Positions 38,991 to 51,153 of a stretch of 64,000 bases of DNA are shown piece by piece (the stretch's first letter is position 1; every line of letters begins with the position of its first letter). The stretch comes from Chrysemys picta bellii (lineage: Eukaryota), in contig NC_088798.1 of assembly GCF_011386835.1 (NCBI RefSeq), forward strand, positions 105,090,001 through 105,154,000, written 5' to 3'. Under the pieces are notes generated by a model that did not search any database, had not been told where the DNA came from, and was given only the letters and a program-made list of their open reading frames with translations. Made by a program: the position numbers and the translations under genes.

Positions 38991-40850
38991 TGGAATCGGC
39001 ATGAATGTATGGTTCAATAAATATATATATTTTTATATACACTTACAACAGAAATCTTACATTCCATCTTCAAACTGCTGAAATAGAACTTTTTTTAATT
39101 TGTTTTTACAAGCCAAAAAAATAATCTGCCATAGCTTCTGTGTTCATGCAAATTGTACTTGTATAAGTTATAGGTTTGTTTATCGTGACGTAAAAATGTT
39201 ACTCTTAAGGAAGCAGTTGCTTTGCACTCTGTGCCCATATAGCAAAACACGTCCTTAAATGGAGCATTAAGGCCATACCAACTGTATCGATATATACAAA
39301 TAAATAAATTTCACATAGAAAAGACAGAGAGGTCACTTTTTTTTTAAGAGGGGCAGGGGAGAAGAGAAACTTATGCAAGCATTTATTTATTTATTTTTCT
39401 GCCTAGAGCAGTTTCCACTTGTTGGAAAATGCAGTCCCTTTGAGTGAGAATCAATGCGTCTTTCAGTGCGTATTTTCTGTATTTCTCTAGCCCTGGTTTT
39501 GTTCTTGATGATAGCATGAAAACTAGTTTCTGCTCCTGCTGCTTGTTTCCTACCTGACTTCCCACTTTGGGGCATTTGATTGCCACAGAGCCAATGGCAA
39601 TGCTACAACTGAGAGAACGGTTTCAGCAGAGGAAGGAGCTACAGGCGCATGGGTGTTGCTAAGGTCTATTACAGCAGGATGTTCAAGAGCAAACCTGAAC
39701 TTCCTTTCTAGCGCTAGGAGTGGTTGGAGAGTAGTTGGTGGCTGTCCAATTTTCTCTTCCTGCTTACCAGAGCTCAGGAGAGAGACAATGCTTCCTCTAA
39801 TCTGCCCAAAATCCCTTGTAAGAGGCTGCTGGTATTTTCCCACCCATGTTGCATCTGCACAGATAGCAGCCCAAACCTTGGCAGGTGAATATGAACAACT
39901 TTTTTTGTATTTTCTTTTTAAAATGTTGTTTTGAATGAAGTTAAAGGGAAACTGTCTGATTAAAATCCCTGTACTTAAAATCAGTCCTCTTCTGTGTTAC
40001 TAGTAACCCCTGAGGCTATTAGAATGGAAAGGGTTTTAATAATCTTGGTTACTTTCTGTCTCTGATGCCACTGCTTGTGTTCAATGTGCCACTCGTTGAA
40101 GCAAATTCTCTACAACAAAGCCAAGTTCTAGTCTCCTCTTTTCTGGTTGCATGTGTTATCCCAAAGTTGCGCTGAATAGGTGGCAAATGTTGCAGGGGCA
40201 TGCTTACGAGCAGGCTAGCAAAATGTCTGACCCCCATTTTAAACTAGAGGATTGAAAGATGATGGAGGAAGACCAAATCAGGAGGCAGCACTCTGCTGCC
40301 ATGTATAAATAGTACTAATACGCGCCACTAATGAGCAGTGGGAGGCCAAATGAGCTTTTAAAACGAAGATTCTCTTTTCATAGGACTCTCTTACAGAAGA
40401 GAGAGAGAGATGTAGAAAATATGAGAGAACAGCATTGTTTCAAACTTTTCAGGGAGACCTTTTCCACAGGCACAAAGTCTTTAAATAGGAGTAGGTCGAA
40501 CTTAACATACGGTTGATGCTTCTGGGGAACTCTGAACTGCCGTATTTCAAGGGTATACTGAGAAACCAGTGTTCTGTATTGGGCCATTCACTTCTCTAAT
40601 TGTGTGGGTGGGGGGGTGTACGCTCCCCTCCAGAGTAAAATCAGACATGCATTATTTGGCCTAAATAGAAATAATTTCTAAGTAATTAATTTTAGGAGTT
40701 CACTTTGGGCCCAAAGTTAGGTCTGTTCATTTTGGAATATAATTTAAAGGGCATGTGTGTATTTAGAGGGAGGAGATCTCTGCTGGTTTGGTGGCTTGTT
40801 TTTTGACTATGTATGTATATGTTTTGCACTACTCACTTCAGTTTGGATAC

Positions 40851-40856
40851 ATTAAA
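40851..40856 (+). terminator. G3BP1: Candidate distal G3BP1 poly(A) signal (ATTAAA)
   Basis: ATTAAA preceded by TGTA-rich sequence and followed by GT-rich TGTGGTG..TTGTGG. It would give a ~7.5-kb UTR; human G3BP1 also has a multi-kb last exon (from memory). Confidence 0.3.
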
Positions 40857-42094
40857 TGTGGTGCATAATACATTGTGGTAGAACGTTAGTGGACAACCTA
40901 GCCAATGAAATGTCCCCATCTATGATGATACTGTTCCTCTGCATGGCCATTGTAACCATCCACCTGAGACGGCAAGCAAACAGCTGCTTCGACAGGCAAC
41001 GCAAATTTCCCTAACGTCAGGATTCAAAGGCTGTGTTCAGAATGGTCTTAACTGATGTTAGGGAGATGATACACTGTAATGGAATGTGATGTGTGACTTG
41101 TTTCCATGTACGTCCTTTCAGGCGAACTCCTTGGCATGTTGCTTCAGCTTTACAAAATCTCTCGCTGTGCCTTGGTCTTGCAAAGTTACCTTTTTCCCAA
41201 GGACTCGGTTAGTTCATGAAATAGGTGGAGAGTTCTGGCCACTATGGGAGCTGTCAGTAATGTCATAACCAGGCCCTGGAACTGCCCACGCTCCCTCTGT
41301 TTTTCACATTTGAATTCAGCTTCACTAGGAATGAGATGCTCCAGGCTGTGCATTTCAGGGTAATCCGTGCACCTCTCAGGTGGATAAGGCTACTTACCCT
41401 TCAGCTTTGTGCCTTATGCCAACGTTTATGACCTGCTCCAACTTCCCAGCATGGGCCTGCCTCTCATGTCTGACTGCTTAAGCACCAGGGAATGTAGTGC
41501 TAGCGTACAAGACTGTCAGAGGCTCCAGTGAGCAGCAGTCCGGTGCTGCAGATTGCTCATCCCTGCCATTCAAGTGCTTACTAAGGACCATAATTCTGAA
41601 GACATTTCCAAACCTGACAGGCCCCCAAATTAACCTGCCTTCAATTCAACCAGTGGGGAGCTGAGATTTACTGTGCAAGGATTTGGCTAGTGCAGGTTAC
41701 CCTGCTGGGTCTCAATGGATAAAGCCAGGAGCCAGTCCTGTCTTCCAATTGTCCCAACACCTTCAAGGGCCTGGGTCAGTGTTGGCAGCTTTTAAAAGCA
41801 AGACAGACCCTGAGTAGGCGGTAACCATTTGTTTCAAACAATCATTTTTCTAATGTAGAGTAATTTAGGAGCTTGTCAACCTGGATGGTGTCCTCGTTCA
41901 ACCTCACATTGTGTCCTGCTAACCACTGATACAGGAATGACATAGGAACAGTGCAACCTCTTCGCATTCAAACCCAGACCATTAATTGGGAATCTCAGGA
42001 GCGAAAAAAACGAAATAATGTAGAGCTGCAGGCCTACACCAGAGGGCACCAAATCTCATAGTCCTTCTTTTGGGGTTTCTCCATCAAAAGCTGG

Positions 42095-42237
42095 GAATGA
42101 GCGATGGGATGGATCACTTGATGATTCCCTGTTCTGTTCATTCCCTGTGGGGCACCTGGTATTGGCCAATGTTAGTAGATAGGATACTGGGCTAGATGGA
42201 TCTTTGGTCTGACCCAGTATAGCCGTTCTTATGTTCT
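42095..42237 (+). mobile_element. CR1 3' end fragment
   Basis: GGATGGATCACTTGATGATTCCCTGTTCTG...GGATACTGGGCTAGATGGA..GGTCTGACCCAGTATAGCCGTTCTTATGTTCT; same tail type as the element at 23463. Confidence 0.85.
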
Positions 42238-43533
42238 AAAAAGTCCCCCTTGAAGGCAATAGCCCCAACTCAGCTCTGGTTTAAACAGGTGCTGGTACTT
42301 AAACCAGGGCAGCATTTGGCCCCGTGGGAGTTAGGGATCCGGGGCAACGCAGAGTACAGAGCTATTCCAGAGCTGGAACGGCCTCCGTTCCTCAGTTCCC
42401 TGCTGAGGCCCCTTTCCTGAGTCAGGGCTACGTTAACAGTGACTCCAGAATGAGAAATTTGGGGGATTTTAAAAATAAAGGGAACCTTCTTCCTGGTGGA
42501 CAAGAAGCAGCATAATGTGAAGCGACTGCCCCCTGGGGGTGCAGAATCCTAATGAAAACGAGGTAGAGGGAGTGATGGATCTGGCCGGCTGGCCAGGTGC
42601 ATTATGTAATGCATCACTAAGTACCAGGAATGTGCTTGTGGCAGGAAAGGGAAGGGTTAGCTGCTTTACTGGTTTTTTCTTTATCTATATTTCAGGGAGG
42701 GCTACGGGAGCTGAAGAACCTCATTCTTAGTAACTTTCCCTCACCTACCATAGCTGTGTAACCTCTACTAGCCAGAGGTGGCTGATTGCTGGTCTTGCCC
42801 CACCACATACACTGGGAGATGTATATCCCTGCCCCTATCGCTCCAGCAATCGTGTGCTGACAGGCACCCTTTCATTACTGTTCCTAGTTTATGGCTATTG
42901 CCTTTTATTTATGCACACATCGCAGGATTTGGGTGCTGAGATGTTGCCAAAGCTGATCTGGGTCTTGAACCCTTCCCTACCGTTCACATTTCCTATTTCA
43001 AAGTCCCCACTCTTGCAGCCTCTCCGTTAAGGGAAGAATGAAACCCCATCATCCACCTTCCCATGTGAGGAACCGCAACAGTGTTTCAGTCCTGGGGTTG
43101 GTCTGCTGCAGACACGGGAAATGACACATGCCCAGGGCTAGTGCATTTTCCCATTGCTGCCATAGCAGGGAATTGAAACAGAGGGGCATCCTCCGTTTCA
43201 AACACTTCAGAGCTACTTTGCAGGGTCGCCTACTGTCTGAGACATGGAGCCGCCCCAGGAGCAAGGATCAATAACATGCCACTTGTTGGAATCTGCTGTT
43301 GGCTGGTCACCAACCTCTGGAGCAGCCCCCACCCCTCAGGGCTGATAATTTGGTCATTTTCCCCCATCACAGGTCTAAAGGGAGGGATGGGACCTTTTAA
43401 AAAATGATTTAAGTGCATCTCTAGGGGAGGTTTCAAATGTATCACCCTTGACCATCCCTTTAATATGTCATAGCTTTATTGCAGTAAAGATCTGCCTGTG
43501 TGATAATAGATGTAGCAAGAAGCATGAAGACCA

Positions 43534-43636
43534 GGACCTGACTGATCTTCTACTTGTATTACTCTGACAACCCCCATTGAACTCAATGGAGTTATAGAAG
43601 TGCAAAACTGGCAAAAATGAGATCAGAACCAGGCCC
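43534..43636. mobile_element. Short palindromic MITE (Harbinger-like, CCATTGAAnTCAATGG centre)
   Basis: Central palindrome CCATTGAACTCAATGG with partly complementary arms. Confidence 0.45.
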
Positions 43637-45202
43637 CACGCTTAAAGGGGAAGGGAAATTATGACCGTAAGGGTCTTTCTTCACTGCAGTTAACCCAGGC
43701 TCTTACTCTAGGGGTGATCCGATTCTGGTTCCTGTCCACACAATACAAGCAGGGGTTATTGCAGAAAAATTCTGAAGGCAGGGAGCAAAGTTGAGTCAGC
43801 GTATAGAACATTTCATATATGAATATATTATAGCCTGCAAATTTGAGGCGCAGGAGTACAAAAATTGGATCATAGGGACCTATGAAAAGAGAGTGTGTGG
43901 GTGAGGGGGAGTGCGGGGCAAACCAAGGTTTGGGTGGTGAACTGCCCTCTTTTCCCCATAGTAAATTATGCCCTTGACTAAAATCACTGACCCAGGTTTA
44001 GTGGTGCTTGCAGCCCCACCTAGCTGTTCATCTGAGGCTGGTGGCTAAAGTCTGAGATCTGCTTTCACTCAGGCGGGTAATTCACCCACTTTGCAGTGAG
44101 GATGCAGGCTAAGCCACTCAAGTGCTGATAGTCCTCCAATGTCTTCCCATGTTTTCCCCCCATGCGCACAGAAGGACAGGTAAGTTCTCCCACTATTCAC
44201 TGAGCGAGAACCCTAGAAAGGCTCATCTTACTGCAGCCCAAAGAATCATGGGCTGGGTCCCTAGAAGTCTTAGCGCCGCAGGTGAGTGCAGCACCAGTGT
44301 GGGCCCCATAACTGGAGTATGGCTTTGCAGTGCAGCTGCTCACAACCAGGCTAAGATAACACAGGTGCTCTGCAGTGTGAAGACTTACTCTTACAGCTTT
44401 CTAAATGCACAGAAGTGGCACTCATTTAGTTAAACCGGGCAACTTTGTGTGTAGATGCTCTCATACTGGTTTATGCCTGGTTTATATTAGTTTAGCTCCC
44501 TCATGATGGTTTCCCAGATACGCTACAAGTCAATTGAAATGCGTCACTCGGGAGGTCTCAAGAAACCATAATGTAACTGCACTGAAAGCACAAAAAGCTC
44601 CTTCCCCCCCCCCGCCGTTCCAGAGTAAAGGCCAAAGTTTTGTTTTTAACTTATCCTATGGTGCCTGAGCAACGTAGAGTATACCATTATGTCCCCCCAG
44701 CTCCAGAAACAACTCCAGCCTAAAATGTTCCTTAACTGAAAGGGACTGGAGTTTAAATATCTAGACGCAACAGGGTGAGTTGAGAGGGGGGATTCAGTGT
44801 GAAGTTAGATTGTCAGTCTTAACGTCCCACAGTCTATTCATGGTAAAAATCCTTCATTTATGTATTTTCAGAGCCACATTTAGCACACATCTTTCACCTC
44901 ACGTTAACAGACGACCCTCAGTGCTATTTGATCCCTGTTCACAACCAACAGAATCCATGTAGATGACAGATGATATTTGTGATGTACCAACCCACTAACA
45001 ATGAGTGTGAAGGTAAGAAACAAGCATAGGAGAAATGCATGAGCTCTATTTCTAGTCACTGCAAAAGCCCACAACCAGTGAGTTGTTTGATGGTTTTCTG
45101 AGCGTACGGAAAGGACAAAGTCAACACCACAGACCAAGGTCCTGCCAAATTTCATTCAAATGTAAAAGAAAAAAAGTCCCTCTAGAAATCTGAAGATGCA
45201 AA

Positions 45203-45234
<32 letters not shown>
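45203..45234. repeat. (TG)n(AG)n microsatellite
   Basis: Read directly. Confidence 0.9.
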
Positions 45235-45235
<1 letters not shown>

Positions 45236-45533
45236 AAAATATACAGGGGGGCACACACTGATCGTGTAGTTAAAAATTAAAGGGCAAGTTTTCAGCCCGA
45301 AGTGGCTTTTTCAGGGTTGTGTTATAAGTCCCCTGAAGCAGGTTTTACAGTGGAAATGCCAGCAGACCCTGACCTCTCAGGAAATGAACAGGCACCGTCC
45401 TGTCCTCCTCACCACAGTTATTGGTAGGATTTAGAGCCCAGCTGGAGTAGGTCCAGAGGGAGTTGTGCTCTTTGTAGCTGGCATCTCCCTAGCAAGAGGA
45501 GAGCAGCCAGCACCAGGAAGTTTTACAGACCAC

Positions 45534-45660
45534 GGGCACAATTCAGCCCTGGCCCATGAATTATTCGTTGAGTGCTGAGAAGGTGGTTAGGTAGTCCCTG
45601 CCCAAAGGAGCTAGCAATATGCTCCTGTCTATCAAGTTACGCCAGGACTGAATTTGGCCC
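45534..45660. mobile_element. Short MITE
   Basis: TIR GGGCACAATTCAGCCCTGG / CCAGGACTGAATTTGGCCC (16/19); no clear TSD. Confidence 0.5.
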
Positions 45661-46549
45661 AAGGAACTTTATACTAGCACTCTAAGTGCTGCCTCTATGT
45701 TTATCCACAGCAGTGCAAAGTCACACCTAGGATATCTCCCCGCCTCATCTCCACCACCTTATGGACTAGACCCATCTAACAACCACCTAAACACAATAAA
45801 CGCCAGAATACAACTAGACAATTGCAGACAGGAGGGGTGTGGCCCAGGATCCCAATGCAGTCGGCCTTTAGATCCCTGGAGGTAAAGTACGCAATGACCA
45901 GGTTTGATCTGCAGACTGGCAGAAGCCTGGACATATGAATGATATAAAACAGAGTAGCATCTACAGGTGCTGCCCCCCCTGCCTGTTAATCAGCACATGG
46001 CATGTTCACCTTTTGATCTGTCAGTGGCCAGTTGAGTGCTTTAAATGCCTATGGAAGACAAATAACAGAATGTGGCATGAAAAAGAATCTCTCCTGTTTA
46101 TCAGTTATTAATGAATCCCCCCCTTCTCATCACATACTAGGATGCTTACAGTTGTGTTACACCTCCTCATTCACCAGGGAAATCGGCAACTCCCTACCCT
46201 ATCAGCTGCAGTCCTCTCTCTCTCTCTATGGCATGAGCCTCATTCACATCAATTCCCCTGCTGGATCCACGTTACAATAGCCAACACTTGGCGTCAAACT
46301 GGAGTTACTTCCCCATTGGTACAATGCTGTAATGAAGGTACAGGGGTGGGAGTAGGGAGTTCTTGGAAATGACCAAGTTTCCAGGTCTCATCTTTTTAAC
46401 TTACGCTTGTAGCATCAGCAAATAATAAATACTAATAATAGTGAATCCCAAATATCAGGCCTTCATTCCAAACCAAAGACAATCCTTGCCCTGAAATCAA
46501 ATTTTAATTGCAGGGCAAAGAGTGTATGGAAGAAAAAGCCCAGATTTAT

Positions 46550-46808
46550 GCTGTCTCTTCACTGCAGCAAAAGATGGGGTTTTACCTTGAGTTAGCTATA
46601 CTGACGTAAAACCCTAGGGGTGATAAGGCACAGGTAACTTTTAACCTGGATGTAGCTAGTTGAGGTCAACACTATACTTCCCACCTGGGCTTTACCTTGA
46701 CTAGATATAGCGAGATAAAAACTCAAATGCTTTGTCTCTACTTAGAGTTTACAGTCAGATAGCCAATTCAATGTGAAAACACACTATGCTTTGCAGTGAA
46801 GACAAAGC
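46550..46808. mobile_element. Harbinger-type MITE relic
   Basis: Inverted core TCTTCACTGCA / TGCAGTGAAGA at the two ends. Confidence 0.4.
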
Positions 46809-49800
46809 TCTATTGGAAAATCACACCTCAGCACCCTGTTCCAGAAGTGACAATCCAAACCGAGAGAGAGAGAGAGTGTGTGTAACAAATCTTTGTGCCC
46901 AATCAAAGGAAGTGGTTCATTAAATTTAAAATGGAATTGCTGGAACATTCCTACCTAATGAAGATGCCTGACTTGGTTAGATTCGCCCCCCAGAATGGAG
47001 TGCCTATCAGATCCAGTAGTGAAGTTACAATACTTCTTATCAAAACACAGGTGTCTTTGGGATTGTACTGTATACATGCCATTAGTTGCTTAACCATGTT
47101 TCTTGCTCAGATGAGCTGATGACTAATTCAGGTTAGAAGAGAATGTTCCCAGTAAGGAATTGGATTTTTTTTTTGTCCTGGAGAGCGTTGAGCAGGAATC
47201 ACCCGAAAGACTGAGAAGGCCATATTCTATTTCCTACTGTTGGAGTTCATGAAGAGAGAGAGAGGGGGTGACATCAAGGGACCTCTGTCCTTTTGTGTCA
47301 TCTTCTTCTTGATCTTGCAAAGTCCTGGGTGCTCTCAACTCTCTGTGAGTTGAAGGCACTCATAACTTCGTAGAAGGAGCACTTCCCTCCTGCAGGATTG
47401 GGACATTTGTTTATCCTGTAAAACGTGATGAAAGTGGAGGCCCACAGTAATATTCTGCATGTGTGTGAAGGGGTGCTTGGGCATAGAAGCGTCTCCTCCA
47501 GCCCCGCCCACTCTTAAATTGAAGCCAACGTAGCAAGGCAAATTCAGGAAGAAAAGTTTAGCCAACAAATTAGAGGGAAAGTGTTCCTCAGTCTTGCACC
47601 AGGCTACAGGAATCCTATTTATTGAGATGCCCCTTGGCAGGTATTATGTAGGTGAAATATGATGGTGGTATCAATCAATGGCTCATTATCAGTCAGTGGG
47701 AAACAATAGACAGGACAAGGCTACATTCAGCCACACCGTGAAGACAGTGGGGTCACACCAGGGATAAGCTGGGCCCTACATGTCTGACAGCGGGCAAGGT
47801 TCTACCTGAGCCGGAATTTGATACTGGGCTTTGATTTAACGTGACACAGGGTCACTTCTGAATCATCACCCACTGGCTCTCCAGCACTGGAGCACAAACC
47901 AAGGTGAGTTCAGTCAGTCTAGTGGGGGACGGAGCTCTGATCACTATATTCCCATCTCCCACAAGTCATTCCTAGATAGGCCTTTCGCTAGCAGTGCTTC
48001 CTTTATAGCTACACCTGATCCAGGCTAACTTTGCCCACTGCTTGTAGGAGCTTTTTACCCAGCATGCCTTTCTGGGGCTGGCCTTTTAAATTGGGCCGAG
48101 TCCAGCAGCTGCAGCCCTAATGGGATCATTTTCACACTGTGCTTTTGCTAGCTGCTGGTACGTCCCCGTTAGCTGCTGCTATGTTTTCCCTTTCCGATTC
48201 TTGCCCCTTCTCCCAGGGCCATTGCTTTTCGCTCCACAAAAAGAGAACGGGAAATATCAGCAGGAGAAAAGAAATTCATCTGCACATTCACTGATGCAAA
48301 GGTATTTTCTAACTGGGAGATGGGTGAACTGGTTTGTTTCTGCTGGAGGGTAGGGGGTTGGAGAAGATTGCTGGGCATTTCCAGTTTCTTAGTGGATTTA
48401 AACATTGGCAAAGAGGAGTGAGACCCTGGCAATGGGATCGTCCTTGTGGGGTGGGCGTGGCCTGAATTGAGACTGCTGTACAAAGATATGATGCAAGTGT
48501 GGGTGCACATCTTTCTTCCAGGTGAGGCACTCAGGCCGAGCTGCAGTGTGACACTGCAGGGTTAGTGAGGGCACTTCCCGAGACAGTGGCAGCTGGAGGT
48601 CAAACATTTAGGTGGGATACAGTAACTCTCCTTAACTTCCACAATGCTCCTTAATGAAAAGGGACTGCACCCCTGCTGCCCCGCCCGAATGCTGATCCCC
48701 CAGCTGTTCCCTTAAACCAGTAGCTCTGCATGGCTCATTCGGGGGGATGAAGGCACATTATATTCTCTCATGTTCCTGCGCTGGGCAATGCCCCAGCTGC
48801 CCCTGTGACAGAGCCTCTGTTGTGGGGAGACTGTCTTCTAAAGTGAGCCGATGGGCCTATGCAGTGTTGAATTATTTGAGAGCTGGACAGTCAGTGGGTT
48901 GGCTGGTAAAGGAATCTGAGTTTGAATCCTATACTTATGCCCTGGGCTCCTAGGAGCTGGGAGGGCCCTTATGAGGCATTCTGCAGGGTTTGGGCCCTCA
49001 TGAAAGGGGTCATCTTGGAGGGCTCTGTCTGCAGCCATTCATCTCTGGCAAGGACGGTGTTTGGGGTCAGGTGAAAGAGAGAGGAAGATCTGCTTTGGCA
49101 GTGAGAGATTGGTCCTGACCGTTTGCGCATCTAGGGTCTGAGGCAGATGTGGGGGAAGAGGGAGAGGGGATGATTCCTAAAAGGGAACAGTGAGTTTGAG
49201 CGTAGCCCATGGCGCAACCAGCGATTGAGCAGGGGAGGGGTGATCCTGCACTGATGATCTCTCTTTTCTCCACTGAGTGTCTTGTTTAATTGCATTCTAA
49301 GATGTAAAGCTCGAACCCTGTGATTTATAGACATGCACTAAAACAGTTCTGGGAGACGAGAGAAGGGTCAATAACAGCCATGCCATGAAAAGGACACTCT
49401 TAAAAAAGCCATTATTCTCTGAATATGCACTAAGCGAGCGCATTTCATTCCCACATTAGTTATCTGAGGCTGGTTTGAAGCTGTTTAATGGGATTCGGCA
49501 GAATATAATTTCCATCAGAGGTTGTTTTTTCCTTACAAGCAATGTAATTTTTTTTGGTGAGGCTTTGCTTTATCTTTATGCTGACTTTGGGATCTAGTGT
49601 TCTGATGGAAAAATTGTAGCGGTGAAACAGAGGAACCGAAGTCACTTTGCAGACCCCCAGGAATAAGTAACAGCCTTCTGGTATAGATTAGTTTGAGAAA
49701 ATGAGATGCATAAACCTAAGCAATGAAGGTGGTACTGATCATTAGTGAGAGAAAGGGGAGGGAGAGAGAGATGGGTAATGGCCCTGGTTGGTATCAGAGG

Positions 49801-50173
49801 AAACCTTAATGATCCTAAAATTATTGCATGCTAATTTCCTCTTTGGTGCTAATCTTAATGCCCTCAAGAATGATCAAGTACCTTAATTATCTCTTTAACT
49901 AATGAAGTGCCTCTATAAAAAAAATGGTAGAAACCTATTCAGAAAGAGGAGCAGTGTTGGAGCTTCTTTCCACCAACAAGCACAGTTTTAAAAGCTTCCT
50001 CACGGGAACAAGAGACTAGTAAATGCTTCCTGTAAGCCAAGGGATGAAAGCCTAATCCTTCTCCCATTAAGCTGCGTGGGTGTTCTGCAATGGACTGAAA
50101 CGGGAGCGGGACTGGGCCCTCAAAGAAGAAAGGATTTGCATTCATGAAGGCATGGTGGGACACACAGCTTCCC

Positions 50174-50443
50174 AACAGAACAAGGAGTAATGATCTCAAG
50201 TTGCAGTGGGGGAGGTTTAGGTTGGATATTAGAAAAAACTATTTCACTAGGAGGGTGGTGAAACACTGGAATGGGTTACCTAGGGAGGTGGTGGAATCTC
50301 CTTCCTTAGAGGTTTTTAAGGTCAGGCTTGACAAAGCCCTGGCTGGGATGATTTAGTTGGGGATTGGTCCTGCTTTGAGCAGGGGGTTGGACTAGATGAC
50401 CTCCTGAGGTCCCTTCCAACCCTGATAGTCTATGATTCTATGA
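50174..50443 (+). mobile_element. CR1 LINE 3' fragment (young)
   Basis: ORF 50144..50356 contains [59 protein letters not shown] (CR1 ORF2 C-terminus); ends in an (ATTCTATG)n-type tail. Confidence 0.95.
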
Positions 50444-50559
50444 ACTAACTAAGATTGCTTTCGGCAGTGGGTCTGTGGCCTTTACAACTGTGTTTCCTGG
50501 GAATATGCACTACAGTATTCTGCTGATGGACAGGTTATGTCCCATAACTGCCTACTACA

Positions 50560-50650
50560 GGGTTTCTTGCACCTTCCTCTGAAGCATCTGGCACTGGCCA
50601 CTGCCAGGGTCAGAACGCTGCAGTAGATGGACCCCTGGTCTGATTCCAGG
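50560..50650 (+). mobile_element. Old CR1-like 3' end relic
   Basis: CTTCCTCTGAAGCATCTGGCACTGGCCACTG...TAGATGGACC..GGTCTGAT pattern. Confidence 0.45.
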
Positions 50651-51029
50651 TGATCCCTACATTTTAATCAAGTAGGTTCGAGAATTACAAAAATATGGTT
50701 TTATAATCTCTATGAAAAATAGTCATTTTTTTAACATAGTGAAACCTTTTCTCCTAAAAGTTCTTTTTAAAAAATAATAATTTTGAAATGCATGGACTCT
50801 TTGCCACCAACTTCAAGAACCTGCAGGATCCCTGGGACTATAAATAAGACACAATGACCATTCTAATTTGAGCCACCCTGGCTCCGCCTTGAAATTGACA
50901 AGGCTCAAGCAGCACTATGTGGGGGGGAAAAAAAGTTTGACGCGTAAATCACTTATTTTCTGTTGGCAGAAGAACTTTCAAAGTTGTCAGTGGTCTCAGG
51001 CTTTGATCCCACAGGGAGCTGAACGTGCT

Positions 51030-51153
51030 GGCCCCGATTCAGCAAAGCTTTCAAACACAAACTTAACATAAAGCACATGAGTACTTCCATTGAGATCAAT
51101 GGATCTGCTCACAGGCTTAAAGTTCAGCACGTGTCTTTGCTGGATCTGAGGGC
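51030..51153. mobile_element. Short palindromic MITE (Harbinger-like)
   Basis: Arms GATTCAGCAAAG / CTTTGCTGGATC; centre CCATTGAGATCAATGG. Confidence 0.5.
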
